From contig OZ252299.1 of NCBI GenBank assembly GCA_965250285.1, positions 2,368,001 through 2,432,000 on the forward strand: 64,000 bases of DNA, given 5' to 3'. The stretch's first letter is position 1, and each line of letters starts with the position of its first letter. The notes below the pieces were generated by a model that searched no databases, was not told the origin of the DNA, and saw only the letters and a list, made by a program, of their open reading frames with translations. A program made the position numbers and the translations under genes. Below, piece by piece: positions 1-9,823 of the stretch. The stretch is from Myxococcota bacterium. Its GTDB lineage: Bacteria > Myxococcota_A > UBA9160 > UBA4427.

Positions 1-837
1 GCTCAAGCGGGCTTCGACTTCGTCGACGTGAAGCACTGCCACGGCTACCTGCTCCACGAGCTGCTGGCACCGAGCGAACGATCGGGGCGCTACGGCGGCC
101 CCCTCGAGCACCGAACCCGGGTGCTGCGCGACGTCGTCGAAGGCATTCGGCGCCGGGTGCCGGAGCTCGCGATCGCGGTGCGGCTGTCGGCCTTCGACTT
201 CGTCCCCTACCACCCGGGCGACGACGGCGTCGGCGTGCCAGATGCCGACGCGCCCTACTCGCTCGCGTTCGGTGGCGATGGCACCGGCCGAGGCATCGAC
301 CTCACCGAGCCCCATGCTTTTCTCGACCTGCTGCACGCACTCGGGATCGGCCTCGTGTGCGTCACCGCGGGGAGCCCGTACTACAACCCCCACGTGCAGC
401 GCCCCGCCGCGCATCCTCCTTCCGACGGCTACCGCCCACCCGAGGATCCGCTCGTAGGCGTTGCGCGCCAGCTCGCGGTCACGGCCGAGCTCGCGCGACG
501 ACACCCCGATCTGGTGACGATCGGATCGGGCTACAGCTATCTGCAGGAGTGGCTGCCGCCCATCGGTGCCGGCGCCATCGAGGGCGGCCGCGTCGACGTC
601 GTCGGGCTCGGACGCATGGCGCTCTCGTATCCCGACCTGCCCGCGACGGTCCTGGCTCGACGCGCCCTCGAGCCCGGGCACATCTGCCGCACGTTCAGCG
701 ACTGCACGACGGCGCCGCGCAACGGCATGGTCTCGGGCTGCTTTCCGCTCGACGACTTCTACAAGCAGATGGACGACGCAGGCCGGGTCGCGGCGCTGCG
801 CAGGGCCGCGGCAGCGGGCAACCGAAGCGCACGCTGA
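1..837 (+). CDS. NADH:flavin oxidoreductase (Old Yellow Enzyme family), 5'-truncated by the window edge
   Basis: The frame is open from base 1: [22 protein letters not shown]...[10 protein letters not shown]...VRLS...[14 protein letters not shown], which are OYE TIM-barrel motifs. Confidence 0.88.
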   Translation, partial: AQAGFDFVDVKHCHGYLLHELLAPSERSGRYGGPLEHRTRVLRDVVEGIRRRVPELAIAVRLSAFDFVPYHPGDDGVGVPDADAPYSLAFGGDGTGRGIDLTEPHAFLDLLHALGIGLVCVTAGSPYYNPHVQRPAAHPPSDGYRPPEDPLVGVARQLAVTAELARRHPDLVTIGSGYSYLQEWLPPIGAGAIEGGRVDVVGLGRMALSYPDLPATVLARRALEPGHICRTFSDCTTAPRNGMVSGCFPLDDFYKQMDDAGRVAALRRAAAAGNRSAR

Positions 838-867
838 TCGGTCGGGGGCGTCGTCGAAGACGCGGAG

Positions 868-3654
868 TCAGCCGACGACGAGACTGGTGAGCACGGCGCG
901 GATCTGAACCGGCGCCGCCGGCTTGCGCAGCATCGGGAGGCCGCGCGCACGCACCCTGGCCACGACGTCGGGGCTGCTCTCACCGGTCAGTACGGCCGCA
1001 GCCAGCTCGCCCCAGGTCTGCTCGAGCTCATCGAGCGCGTCGAGGCCCGTCCCGAGCTCGAGCGTGTAGTCGAGGAGTGCGACGTCAGGGTCGAAGTCGG
1101 GGGTGTCCTCGATGACGGCCTTCGCGGTGGCGGCGGCGGCGACCTCCGCGCCCCAACCACGCACGAGTCGCGCCACGGCTTCGCGCGTCTCCGGGTCGTC
1201 GTCGATCACGACGACGCGCGCTCCGGCCAGCCGATCGTGCGCGCCGCTCGGCGAGACCGCGCGCGTCGCGACCCGCTCGGCCGCCTCCGCCCGCACCGAG
1301 ATCGTCGAGCCCTCGCCCGGCGTCGAGCGCACACCGATTGTGTGGCCGAGCAGATCACACAGCCGGCTCACGATCGAAAGCCCGAGTCCGGCCCCCTGAC
1401 GCTCGCCCGCCGCGCTGCGTCCCCGACGCCCCGCTTCGAAGAGGCCCTGCAGCTCGGCTTCTTCCATGCCTCGACCGGTGTCGATCACTTCGAGGACGAC
1501 GTCATCCCTGCTCGCAACCGCATCGACGCGCACGCTTCCGACCTCGGTGTACCGGATCGCGTTGCCGACCAGGTTCTGTACGACCGAGCGCAGCATCGAG
1601 GGGTCGCTCTTCACCGCGAGACCGTGACCGGTCGCACGCAGGTCGAGCCCCTTCTCCTGAGCGAGCGGCTCGAGAAAGATCCGCACCTCGGTGAAGAGCT
1701 CGTCGAGCGGTACCGTCTGGAGCTGCGCGCGCACGGTCCCGGCGTCGAGGCGCGAGTCGTCGAGCAGGGTCTCGAACTGCTGCTGCATGGCGATCGCCGA
1801 GAGCTGCGCCTTCTCGACGAGACCCCGGTCTTCGTCCGCCTCGACCCGCTCACCCAGCGTCGCGAGGAAGAGCCGCAGGGCCTGAACGGGTTGGCGCAGA
1901 TCGTGGCTCGCGCTGGCCAGCAGCGCCGTCTTGTCGGCGCTCTCCTGCTCGGCGCGCCGCTTGCCCTCGGAAAGCTCCTCATTGAGCGCACGCGCATGCC
2001 CCAGCAGCTCTTGGTGCTCGAGCGCTGCGAGGCGGGCCGCGACGCGCTCGGCGACGACCGCGAGCAGGGCTCGGTCGCGCTCGTCATAGGGGTCTCCGCT
2101 TCGGCTCGGCGCGACGACGATCACCCCCTCGACCGCGCTGGCCGGCAGCTGCGCCACCAGCGGCCACTGCACGTCCAGCAAGATGCCGTCCTCTTCGCGA
2201 ATCGCCGACGGGGGCGCAGGCGAATCGGGCTCGATCGAAGCCAGATCGAGCTCGGCCGGTAGATCGCCGGTGCGCGAGACGGGGCGGAGCCCGTCCTCCA
2301 TGCGAACGAAGAGCGCCGCACCACGGGCGTTCCACGCATCGCGGGCCTGACCGGTCACGAGCGCCGCGATCTCGCGCAGCTTGTCGGCATGGCCAAGCGC
2401 ATCGAGCAGGCGTTCCACCGCGGCGGCTCGGGCGCGACGCTGCTCGAGGGTCCATCGATCGAGCGCGACGCGCGCGCCGTAGGCCGCGGGCCCGATGACT
2501 GCGACGGCGCCGAACAGCAGCAGCAGCGACGCGGTCCCCTCGGCGACGCCCGCCTGCTGCACGAGTGCTTCGCGCGCGCCGGGACCGGCCCCGACGGCCA
2601 CGCCGCCGAAGACGAGGATCGCGCCGAACACGACGGCCGCGACGTTCAGGACGCGGTCGATGTCGAAGAGCCCGTGTCGCGCGATCGCGATCCAGAGACA
2701 GATGGGGATGGCGAGCTGCGCGAGCTGCCCCGGGAAGAACCAGTACCCGAGGTCGGGTCGCACCGACGAGATGAAACCGATGACCGGCCCAGGCACGCTC
2801 GCGATCAACATGCCCAGCAGCAGCCACTTGAAGCGACGGCGGTTCGTGCGGTTCGAGACGCGGTAGCGATCGATGCCGACGGCGAGGGTCACGATCGGTG
2901 CCGCGATCGTGATCAGCTTGTTGCCATAGTCGACGATGCCCGCGCCGCCTGAATCGAAGAACATCGCGTCGACGAGGATCGGACCGTTCAGACCGAGCAA
3001 CCACGGCCAGCCCCGCGCCCACTTCGCCCCCTCGCGGCCATCGGGGAAGTGACGCACGAGCCGCACGTTGAGCGGCTGCAGGAACACGAGCGATCCGGCC
3101 TGGAGCCAGAACGCGGCGAGCAGCTCGGTCGGCGTCGTGCCGAAGCGCGCGCCGTAGTAGATCGCGCTGGCCATGAGCGCCGGAAAGGCGACCCGACTGA
3201 CCCGCAGCTCGGGAAAGCGCCACAGCCCGAAGATCGCCAGCCCGCCGAACACGAGCGAGAGGACGAGCGGCGGCCACTTGGGCACGGGCTGCGGGATCCG
3301 CCCTTCGACTTCGATACGGCGGCCCTCGCGTTCGACGAGCAGCGGCAGCGCGTTCGTCCCGGCCATGCCGTCCCAGACGAGCGAGATGGCGCGCGGCCCG
3401 CTCGCCCCGCGCGCGTCGACGCCCGCGATCTCGATCAGACGGTCGCCTGGCTGAACGCTCGTGAACGCAGGCTCAGTCGTGACCGCCCAGGGCTGCATGC
3501 TCGAAACGACGGGGTAGCCGTCGGCGCTCGGTGCGCCATGGACGCGCAGCGGCGACTCGACGATGTCGCGATCGATCGACGCGAACGAGAGCACGAGCAC
3601 GAGCGCCCACAGAGGCGCGAGCACCCCGAATGCGATGCGATCGATGCTTCTCAC
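868..3654 (-). CDS. Membrane hybrid sensor histidine kinase (PDZ-like, multi-TM, GAF-like, HisKA, HATPase and REC domains)
   Basis: H-box ASHDLRQP, N-box NLVGNAIRYT, G1 DTGRG, G2 GAGLGLSIV, receiver VVIDDD/LLDY/KP. The N-terminal part has VQPGDRLIEIAG (PDZ-like) and many hydrophobic helices. Confidence 0.9.
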   Translation of the reverse strand: MRSIDRIAFGVLAPLWALVLVLSFASIDRDIVESPLRVHGAPSADGYPVVSSMQPWAVTTEPAFTSVQPGDRLIEIAGVDARGASGPRAISLVWDGMAGTNALPLLVEREGRRIEVEGRIPQPVPKWPPLVLSLVFGGLAIFGLWRFPELRVSRVAFPALMASAIYYGARFGTTPTELLAAFWLQAGSLVFLQPLNVRLVRHFPDGREGAKWARGWPWLLGLNGPILVDAMFFDSGGAGIVDYGNKLITIAAPIVTLAVGIDRYRVSNRTNRRRFKWLLLGMLIASVPGPVIGFISSVRPDLGYWFFPGQLAQLAIPICLWIAIARHGLFDIDRVLNVAAVVFGAILVFGGVAVGAGPGAREALVQQAGVAEGTASLLLLFGAVAVIGPAAYGARVALDRWTLEQRRARAAAVERLLDALGHADKLREIAALVTGQARDAWNARGAALFVRMEDGLRPVSRTGDLPAELDLASIEPDSPAPPSAIREEDGILLDVQWPLVAQLPASAVEGVIVVAPSRSGDPYDERDRALLAVVAERVAARLAALEHQELLGHARALNEELSEGKRRAEQESADKTALLASASHDLRQPVQALRLFLATLGERVEADEDRGLVEKAQLSAIAMQQQFETLLDDSRLDAGTVRAQLQTVPLDELFTEVRIFLEPLAQEKGLDLRATGHGLAVKSDPSMLRSVVQNLVGNAIRYTEVGSVRVDAVASRDDVVLEVIDTGRGMEEAELQGLFEAGRRGRSAAGERQGAGLGLSIVSRLCDLLGHTIGVRSTPGEGSTISVRAEAAERVATRAVSPSGAHDRLAGARVVVIDDDPETREAVARLVRGWGAEVAAAATAKAVIEDTPDFDPDVALLDYTLELGTGLDALDELEQTWGELAAAVLTGESSPDVVARVRARGLPMLRKPAAPVQIRAVLTSLVVG

Positions 3655-3760
3655 GATCGGCCCCGATCGCGCTTCGCGAGCGAGATCGTCGTCGGATGGG
3701 ATGCACGATGGGGGCAGCGCATCATCCGACGGCGTCGCGCACCGGCGTGCGGGCCGGGCA

Positions 3761-4387
3761 TCAGGACCCGTCGCGTTGAGGGACGACGAGCCCGCGCTCG
3801 ACGAGCGCGAGCACGGCCTCCGTGCGATTGCTCACCTCGAGCATGCCGAGGATCGCCTCGACGTAGTTCTTGACCGTGCCCATGCGAATGCCGAGCACAT
3901 CGCCGATCTCGCGATTCGTGAGCCCCTTCACGAGCAGCTCGGCGACTTCGCGCTGCCGGGGCGTCAGATGGGTCGAAGCGATCGACTGCGCAGCCTCGAG
4001 GAGTGCAGGCGGCACGAACTCGTCGCCGGCCAGCACCTTGCGCAGCGCGTCGAGCAGCTCCTCGCGGCTCGCCGACTTCGGGATGTAACCCTGTGCCCCG
4101 CGATCGAGCGCCGCGCGCACGTCGCTCGCCCGGGTCGAGCCCGAAAAGACCGCAACCCCGGTCGCCGGCCAGCGCTCGCGCAGCTGCATCAGCAGGTCGA
4201 GCCCATCGACATCGGGCAGCCCCAGATCGAGGAGCACCAGCGCGACGTCGCCTTCGCGCTCGAGGACCTCGAGGGCCTCGGCCGCCGTCCGCGCCTCGAG
4301 CAGGCTGGGGCTCTCGGGCAACGCTTGCAGGACCTGGTGCAGCCCCTCGCGCAGCAGGTCGTGGTCTTCGCAGGACAGGATCTTCAC
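3761..4387 (-). CDS. NarL/LuxR-family response regulator
   Basis: GTG start, KILSCEDH...LLDLGLPDVDG...GYIPKS, and HTH LTPRQREVAELLVKGLTNREIG...TVKNYV. Confidence 0.93.
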   Translation of the reverse strand: MKILSCEDHDLLREGLHQVLQALPESPSLLEARTAAEALEVLEREGDVALVLLDLGLPDVDGLDLLMQLRERWPATGVAVFSGSTRASDVRAALDRGAQGYIPKSASREELLDALRKVLAGDEFVPPALLEAAQSIASTHLTPRQREVAELLVKGLTNREIGDVLGIRMGTVKNYVEAILGMLEVSNRTEAVLALVERGLVVPQRDGS

Positions 4388-4607
4388 TCGGGCTCCGGAC
4401 ACCCCAGAGGGTCGTCGATCCGGCCCGCCGCCGCCACGCGTTCGCCACGGTTGAATCCGTCTGATCGAGCACCTGCCCACCTCCCCACCATCGCGCTGGA
4501 GCGCTCGGCTCCGGCGACTTCGGGCAGGTTAGGTGCGCCCCAAGCGGCACGACATGGGCCGATCGGCCCCTGTCCAGATCGGCTGCTCGAACGGCCTCGG
4601 TGCCGCG

Positions 4608-6329
4608 CTAGGCCCCCGACTCGAGCGATCGCAGCAGCGCGATGGTCTCGTTCGTCTGCGGATACAGCACTTGCTGATCGCTGCAGCGACCGAGGGCGTC
4701 GGGTTGGAGGCTGCCGAAGAGCAGCCGCCAGAGTCGACCCCAGCCGCGTCCCCACGCCGAATCGGGCTGGCCATTGGCCGCGCAGCCGTCGATGCGAGGG
4801 ACGACGGCGAAGTCGATCACCATCGCAGCGAAGCGATAGAGGCCGCGATCGGACATCCACGAGGCCAGGTCGAGGCCGCGGTGCACGCGCGTGCGCAGGA
4901 ACGGCGTGGTCCATGCATCGTCGTCGAGTGCACCGAACGCGGCGAAGAGGTCGTCGAGCGCGAAGCCGGCCTGCTGAGCCGCGCTGGGTGTGAAGTAGGC
5001 GTCGAAGTCGACCTCGAGCTCGTACGAGGGTGACCGGACATGGGCGCTGAAGTCGAGGGGATCGTTCGGGTTCGCCGCGAAGCCGATCATCCAGAGCCCC
5101 TCCCAGTCGAGGATGCTCTCGAAGCCCGGGGGCGGGTTCCCGAGGAAGAGCTCGTCGAGGTAGGTCTCGTAGTAGGCCCGCTCTTCTTCGGTGTCGAAGT
5201 CGGGGTGCGCGAGCAGCCAGCCGTCCGGGACCGTGTCGAGGCGCTTGAAGCCGAGCGTCAGCAGCCCGAGGTACTGCGCCTCGTCGATGTCGAGCACGTC
5301 CATGATCTGCCCGCGCTGATCCCATGCGAGGAAGATCGTCTCGACGAAGTGATCGATCGTCGTGCGGTTGCGCCCGATCGTCGGCGAGTACGTGTCGAAG
5401 CGGAACACGTTCGACTCGAAGTCGAGCTCGTAGATGCGCAGCCAGCCATCCCCCCCGTTTCGAGTGCTCTGGTAGTCGGTGAGGATCTGGATGATCAGCT
5501 TCTGTTCGACGTCGAGGCCGTCGAGACGCAACCACTCGGAGTGAAAGTGGCCCGCGTGGATCATGACGATGTTCGGGTGCTGTTTCACGAAGATGTGGAA
5601 GAAGTCCTCGGCGTTGACCGGGTTGATCACGCCGTCGACCGGGCCGCCGGTCAGGTTGATCGGACCGAAGATCGTCTCGACGTCTTCCGAGTAGCGCCCG
5701 CCCGAGATCTTGAAGTCGTAGAGGTAGCGGTGCGTTCCGATCACGAAGATCGTGTCGGGATTCGATGAGACGATATCGTTGGCCCACTCGATCTCGTCGA
5801 GCGGCTGATCGACGCTGAAGTTGAGGAAACCGATCTTGTAGCGATCGTGCTCGAGGATCTGCAGGTTCGCTCCGCCGCCGGGCGACGAGGCCGTGTACCA
5901 GTCGCGTCCTTCGAAGACCTGGGGCCCGAAGTAGTCGAGGTAGTTGCGCGCGTAGTCCGGTGGGTGCGTGTCGTCGTGGTTGCCCATCACCGTGCCGTGC
6001 GGGAGATCGGCGTCGAGCAGGACGTTCATCGCATCCTTCGCGATCTCCCACTCTTCGATCTTGTCGCCGCTCTGCACGATGTCGCCCAGGTGGCCGACGT
6101 AGCGGATGCTGCGCGCCTCGGCGTTGTCGACGATCCATTGCGTCTGGTCGAAGAAGATCGCGGCGGTCCCGCGTGGATCGGTCACGGCTGGCGTGCGCTC
6201 GAGGTCGGGAAAGCGATTCTCGCTGTACACCTGGGTATCCGGGAGGGAGACGAAGACGAACGGGCCCGCGTGCGCAGCGAGCGGCCAGAGGCAGGCGACG
6301 GCGAAGGTCAGCCGCGCAAGGGCAGTCAT
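4608..6329 (-). CDS. Secreted calcineurin-like metallophosphoesterase with C-terminal extension
   Basis: Signal peptide MTALARLTFAVACLWPLAAHA, followed by motifs PDTQ, HLGDIV, GNHD, GTH and AGHFH. Confidence 0.85.
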   Translation of the reverse strand: MTALARLTFAVACLWPLAAHAGPFVFVSLPDTQVYSENRFPDLERTPAVTDPRGTAAIFFDQTQWIVDNAEARSIRYVGHLGDIVQSGDKIEEWEIAKDAMNVLLDADLPHGTVMGNHDDTHPPDYARNYLDYFGPQVFEGRDWYTASSPGGGANLQILEHDRYKIGFLNFSVDQPLDEIEWANDIVSSNPDTIFVIGTHRYLYDFKISGGRYSEDVETIFGPINLTGGPVDGVINPVNAEDFFHIFVKQHPNIVMIHAGHFHSEWLRLDGLDVEQKLIIQILTDYQSTRNGGDGWLRIYELDFESNVFRFDTYSPTIGRNRTTIDHFVETIFLAWDQRGQIMDVLDIDEAQYLGLLTLGFKRLDTVPDGWLLAHPDFDTEEERAYYETYLDELFLGNPPPGFESILDWEGLWMIGFAANPNDPLDFSAHVRSPSYELEVDFDAYFTPSAAQQAGFALDDLFAAFGALDDDAWTTPFLRTRVHRGLDLASWMSDRGLYRFAAMVIDFAVVPRIDGCAANGQPDSAWGRGWGRLWRLLFGSLQPDALGRCSDQQVLYPQTNETIALLRSLESGA

Positions 6330-6508
6330 GCATCGGAGCATCGGTCCGGTCCTCCACTGCGCACGATGTCGCCCGGGGCACGGGGGCGGGACGAAGTCGG
6401 ACGGCATGCGCTGGCCCCGATCCTACGCGGCGCAGGCGACTGACCGGTGAGAAGGGTGTGACAATCGAGCGAGGGCGCCGACAGCCGCTCGACCTCCCAA
6501 TGTAGGCG

Positions 6509-6549
6509 TTGACAACTTCGAGCCGCTTCGCCAAACTTGTCACTGACAA
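6509..6549 (+). promoter_or_regulatory. Sigma70-type promoter with overlapping palindromic operator (probably TetR autoregulation)
   Basis: TTGACA (6509-6514), 17 bp spacer, CAAACT (6532-6537). Perfect palindrome TTGTCA-C-TGACAA at 6537-6549; the TGACAAC half-site also overlaps the -35. Confidence 0.75.
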
Positions 6550-6581
6550 CATCGGAAGCAACCCGCTCTGGAGGCCCCCAA

Positions 6582-7256
6582 TTGGCCTACCACCACGGCA
6601 ATCTGCGCGAAGCCCTGCTCATCCGGGCCGCTGAAGTCATCGCCGAGCGCGGCGTCGAGGGGCTCAGCCTGCGCGGACTCGCGCGCGATCTGGGAGTCTC
6701 GCACGCCGCCCCCCGCCGCCACTTCAGCGACCGCAACGCGCTGCTCGCCGAGCTGGCGAAGGAGGGCTTTCGGCGCGCGGTCGAAGCGATGGATGCGGGC
6801 GCCGCCGCGGCCGGCCCCGACCCGGTCGCCCGCTACCGCGCGCTCGGCCGATCCTACGTTGCGTTCGCGCGGTCGCAGCCCGCCCTCTTCCACACGCTGA
6901 ATCATCCCGAAGTGCGCACCATGACCGACGCAGCCTTGAGCGCGGCAAAGGGCCGATGGCTCGCCACACTGCGCGCGGGGGCCGAAGCCGCCCAGGCCGC
7001 CGGCTGGCACCCCGAGGTCGACACCGAGGTGCTCGTCGCCTTCAGCATCGCGGGTGCATCGGGCGCGGCCGCGCTCTTCTCAGATCCCGACTGGCTCGCG
7101 GACCTCGACGTCGACGATGTCGACGCGATGGCCGACGCCGTGCTCGATCTCGTCGTGCATCGCAGTCGGACCACCGCGCTGCCCGACCTCGAATCAGACG
7201 ACACACCCGAGTCGTTCGACCCGAACGACGACGCTCAGCGAAGGAGGGCTTCATGA
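6582..7256 (+). CDS. TetR/AcrR-family transcriptional regulator
   Basis: TTG start after GGAGG (6570-6574) gives MAYHHGNLREALL...LSLRGLARDLGVSHAAPRRHF. The upstream TTG at 6537 lies inside the promoter/operator. Confidence 0.92.
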   Translation: MAYHHGNLREALLIRAAEVIAERGVEGLSLRGLARDLGVSHAAPRRHFSDRNALLAELAKEGFRRAVEAMDAGAAAAGPDPVARYRALGRSYVAFARSQPALFHTLNHPEVRTMTDAALSAAKGRWLATLRAGAEAAQAAGWHPEVDTEVLVAFSIAGASGAAALFSDPDWLADLDVDDVDAMADAVLDLVVHRSRTTALPDLESDDTPESFDPNDDAQRRRAS

Positions 7257-7453
7257 CGGCCCGAGACGTGCTCGGCAAGCTCGGAGAGTGGGGACCGGTG
7301 TTCTTCGGCATCGGCTTCATCGCGCCGCTCGTGGCACAGACGATGGACGCCGCCGGCGTCGCAGCGCCCTTCGGCCTCGCGACGATCCAGGTCGGCCTGG
7401 TCGTCGGCACGACCATGGGCCTGGTGGCCAAGCAAAGGGGGAGCTGGCTGTGA
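7253..7453 (+). CDS. Small (66 aa) two-TM membrane protein
   Basis: ATGA overlap with the TetR stop and GTGA overlap with the next gene, RBS GGAG, and a hydrophobic sequence GPVFFGIGFIAPLVAQ...VGLVVGTTMGLVAKQRGSWL. Confidence 0.75.
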   Translation: MTARDVLGKLGEWGPVFFGIGFIAPLVAQTMDAAGVAAPFGLATIQVGLVVGTTMGLVAKQRGSWL

Positions 7454-8346
7454 GCGCCGCAACGACCCCCGAGAAGATGACCGCCCCCGAGGCCCCGCCG
7501 AGCGATCGCCAGCGGATGCGCGAGGAGTACGCGATCGCCCGCAAGTACATGGGCCGCGTGCCGTGGGAGATGGTGGCGTGGGGTCTGGGCAACGTCGCTC
7601 TCTGGCTGTCACTCTGGCCACTGGTGCTCACGGGCACCCTGCCGCTCTGGGCGGGATTCGTGATCTCGTGCCTCTGCATGGCGATGGCCTATCTGCCTTC
7701 GCACGAGGCCCAGCACTCGATCATCGGCGCCGAGGGCACGAAGTGGCGCTGGCTGAACGAGCTCGTCGGCCACGTATCGACGATCCCGCTCGTGTTCCCC
7801 TACCGGATCGCGTGGATCACCCACAAGCAGCACCACGCCCACGCAAACGATCCCGAGAAGGATCCCGACTACGCGGTGACCGCGCCGACGTGGTGGCAGT
7901 CGGTGCTCGTCACGCTCAAGACGCGCCAGCCGGGCGCCAACGACGGCTATGCCCGATGCCTGCGCGAGAGCGACGACCCGATGGTCGGGCGCGCGGTCGC
8001 CGAGGGCGCGATCATGAACCTGTCGTTCTACGCGATCCTGACCGCGCTCGCCTGGTCGGGCCACGCGATCGAAGCATTCTTTCTCTGGTGGCTGCCGAGA
8101 CACATCGGGTACAGCTACCTGCTGCTCTTCCTCAGCTGGGCGCCGCACCACCCGGGTGACGAGACCGGACGCTACGGCGATACCCGCGCCTGGAGGTCGC
8201 CGGTCGGCACGATCCTCTCGATGGGGATGGAGTACCACGTGGTGCACCACCTCTTTCCGAAGATCCCGCTCTTCCAGACGGGGCCAGCGTACTGGGAGAT
8301 GCGCGAGCTACTGATCGAGCGCGGTGTCCGCAACGACGGACTCTGA
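7450..8346 (+). CDS. Membrane fatty-acid desaturase / beta-carotene hydroxylase (CrtR-like) family protein
   Basis: Three histidine boxes HEAQH, HKQHH and HVVHH, plus WAPHH and TM helices. Confidence 0.88.
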   Translation: MSAATTPEKMTAPEAPPSDRQRMREEYAIARKYMGRVPWEMVAWGLGNVALWLSLWPLVLTGTLPLWAGFVISCLCMAMAYLPSHEAQHSIIGAEGTKWRWLNELVGHVSTIPLVFPYRIAWITHKQHHAHANDPEKDPDYAVTAPTWWQSVLVTLKTRQPGANDGYARCLRESDDPMVGRAVAEGAIMNLSFYAILTALAWSGHAIEAFFLWWLPRHIGYSYLLLFLSWAPHHPGDETGRYGDTRAWRSPVGTILSMGMEYHVVHHLFPKIPLFQTGPAYWEMRELLIERGVRNDGL

Positions 8347-8438
8347 CGCGCGCACGACCCGCGCACCACGCGCGTCCCCTATGCTTGTGCGGCCCCCCGC
8401 AGCCGACGCGCCCCGCGCGTCGCGCATCGAGGTCACAC

Positions 8439-9191
8439 ATGCAGTACGGACGCACCGCCAACCCGGCGCTCAACGCCGACACCTTCACGAGCATGCCCGC
8501 CGCCGCGAGCGACGAGGTCATGACGATCGGGGGGACGGTCGGCAAGAGCACGATCCTGCTGCTGATCCTGCTGATCGCTGCGTCGTACACCTGGGATCTC
8601 TACTTCAGCGGAGCGCCCCCCGAGTCGCTCGTGCCCTGGATCTGGGGCGGCGCAGGCGGCGGGTTCGTGCTGGCATTGGTCACGATCTTCAAGAAGACCT
8701 GGTCGCCGATCACCGCACCACTCTACGCGGGCGCGCAGGGACTCTTCCTCGGGGCGATCTCGGGCTTCATGGAGGGATCGTTCCCCGGCATCGTGATTCA
8801 GGCCGTCGGCCTCACGATCGGCACGTTCTTCGCCCTGCTCATGGCCTATGCGTCGGGTCTGATCAAGGCGACCGAGAACTTCAAGCTCGGCGTCGTCGCG
8901 GCGACGGGCGGCATCGCCCTGGTCTACCTGGTCAGCATCGTGATGAGCTTCTTCGGCACCACCGTGCCGTTCATTCACGACTCGGGGCCCATCGGCATCG
9001 GCTTCTCGCTGGTCGTCGTCGTGATCGCAGCGCTCAACCTCGTGCTCGACTTCGACTTCATCGAGCAAGGGGCCGAGCACGGCGCACCCAAGTACATGGA
9101 GTGGTACGCGTCGTTCGGCCTGCTCGTCACCCTCGTTTGGCTCTACCTCGAGATGCTGCGCCTGCTCGCCAAGGTGCGCGGGCGCAATTGA
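8439..9191 (+). CDS. Bax inhibitor-1/YccA-family membrane protein
   Basis: TANPAL, MTIGGTVGKS, LVLDFDFIEQG...APKYMEWYASFGLLVTLVWLYLEMLRLL. Confidence 0.9.
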   Translation: MQYGRTANPALNADTFTSMPAAASDEVMTIGGTVGKSTILLLILLIAASYTWDLYFSGAPPESLVPWIWGGAGGGFVLALVTIFKKTWSPITAPLYAGAQGLFLGAISGFMEGSFPGIVIQAVGLTIGTFFALLMAYASGLIKATENFKLGVVAATGGIALVYLVSIVMSFFGTTVPFIHDSGPIGIGFSLVVVVIAALNLVLDFDFIEQGAEHGAPKYMEWYASFGLLVTLVWLYLEMLRLLAKVRGRN

Positions 9192-9754
9192 ACGCGCGGG
9201 GCTCCAGCGAAGTGCTCGGGCGGTTCGCACTCACCCTGATGCTCCTCTCGGCGACGGCGTGTACCGGCGTACCCGACGGCTTGAAACCCGTCGACGGCTT
9301 CGACCTCGATCGCTACCTGGGCACGTGGTACGAGATCGCTCGCCTCGATCACCGCTTCGAACGCGGGCTCGAAGACGTGTCGGCGCAGTACCGCCTGCGC
9401 GACGACGGCCAGATCGAGGTCATCAATCGCGGCTACGACCCCGAGAAGGGGGAGTGGAAGGAGGCGGTCGGGCGGGCGCGACCGATCGATGGGCCGACCG
9501 TCGGCAGCCTCAAGGTCAGCTTCTTCGGCCCGTTCTGGGGCGGCTACCACATCATCGCGCTCGACGAAGTCGGCTATCGCTACGCGCTCGTGAGCGGGCC
9601 AGATCGCGGCTATCTCTGGCTGCTGGCCCGCGATCGCCAGATCGACCCCGCGCGACGCGACGCGCTCGTCGAGCAGGCCCGCGCCGACGGGTTCGACGTC
9701 GACGCCCTCATCTGGGTCCCCCAAACGCGTCAGGATCCCGCGCTCGCACCGTAG
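9188..9754 (+). CDS. blc: Outer-membrane lipoprotein lipocalin Blc
   Basis: Lipobox SATAC, FDLDRYLGTWYEIARLDHRFERGL, LKVSFFGPFWGGY, YLWLLAR. Start is either TTG 9188 or GTG 9212. Confidence 0.9.
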   Translation: MNARGSSEVLGRFALTLMLLSATACTGVPDGLKPVDGFDLDRYLGTWYEIARLDHRFERGLEDVSAQYRLRDDGQIEVINRGYDPEKGEWKEAVGRARPIDGPTVGSLKVSFFGPFWGGYHIIALDEVGYRYALVSGPDRGYLWLLARDRQIDPARRDALVEQARADGFDVDALIWVPQTRQDPALAP

Positions 9755-9823
9755 AGGCCCTGCCCTCGAAGCCGCAGACGCACGGACATCGCTCCGCAGA
9801 CGCCCCGCCTTCGCTCCGTGCGT

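Noticed and set aside
6537..6581. TetR start at TTG 6537 as given in the ORF track
   Set aside because: It lies within the -10 element and operator. TTG 6582 has an RBS and gives the family-typical YHHG N-terminus.
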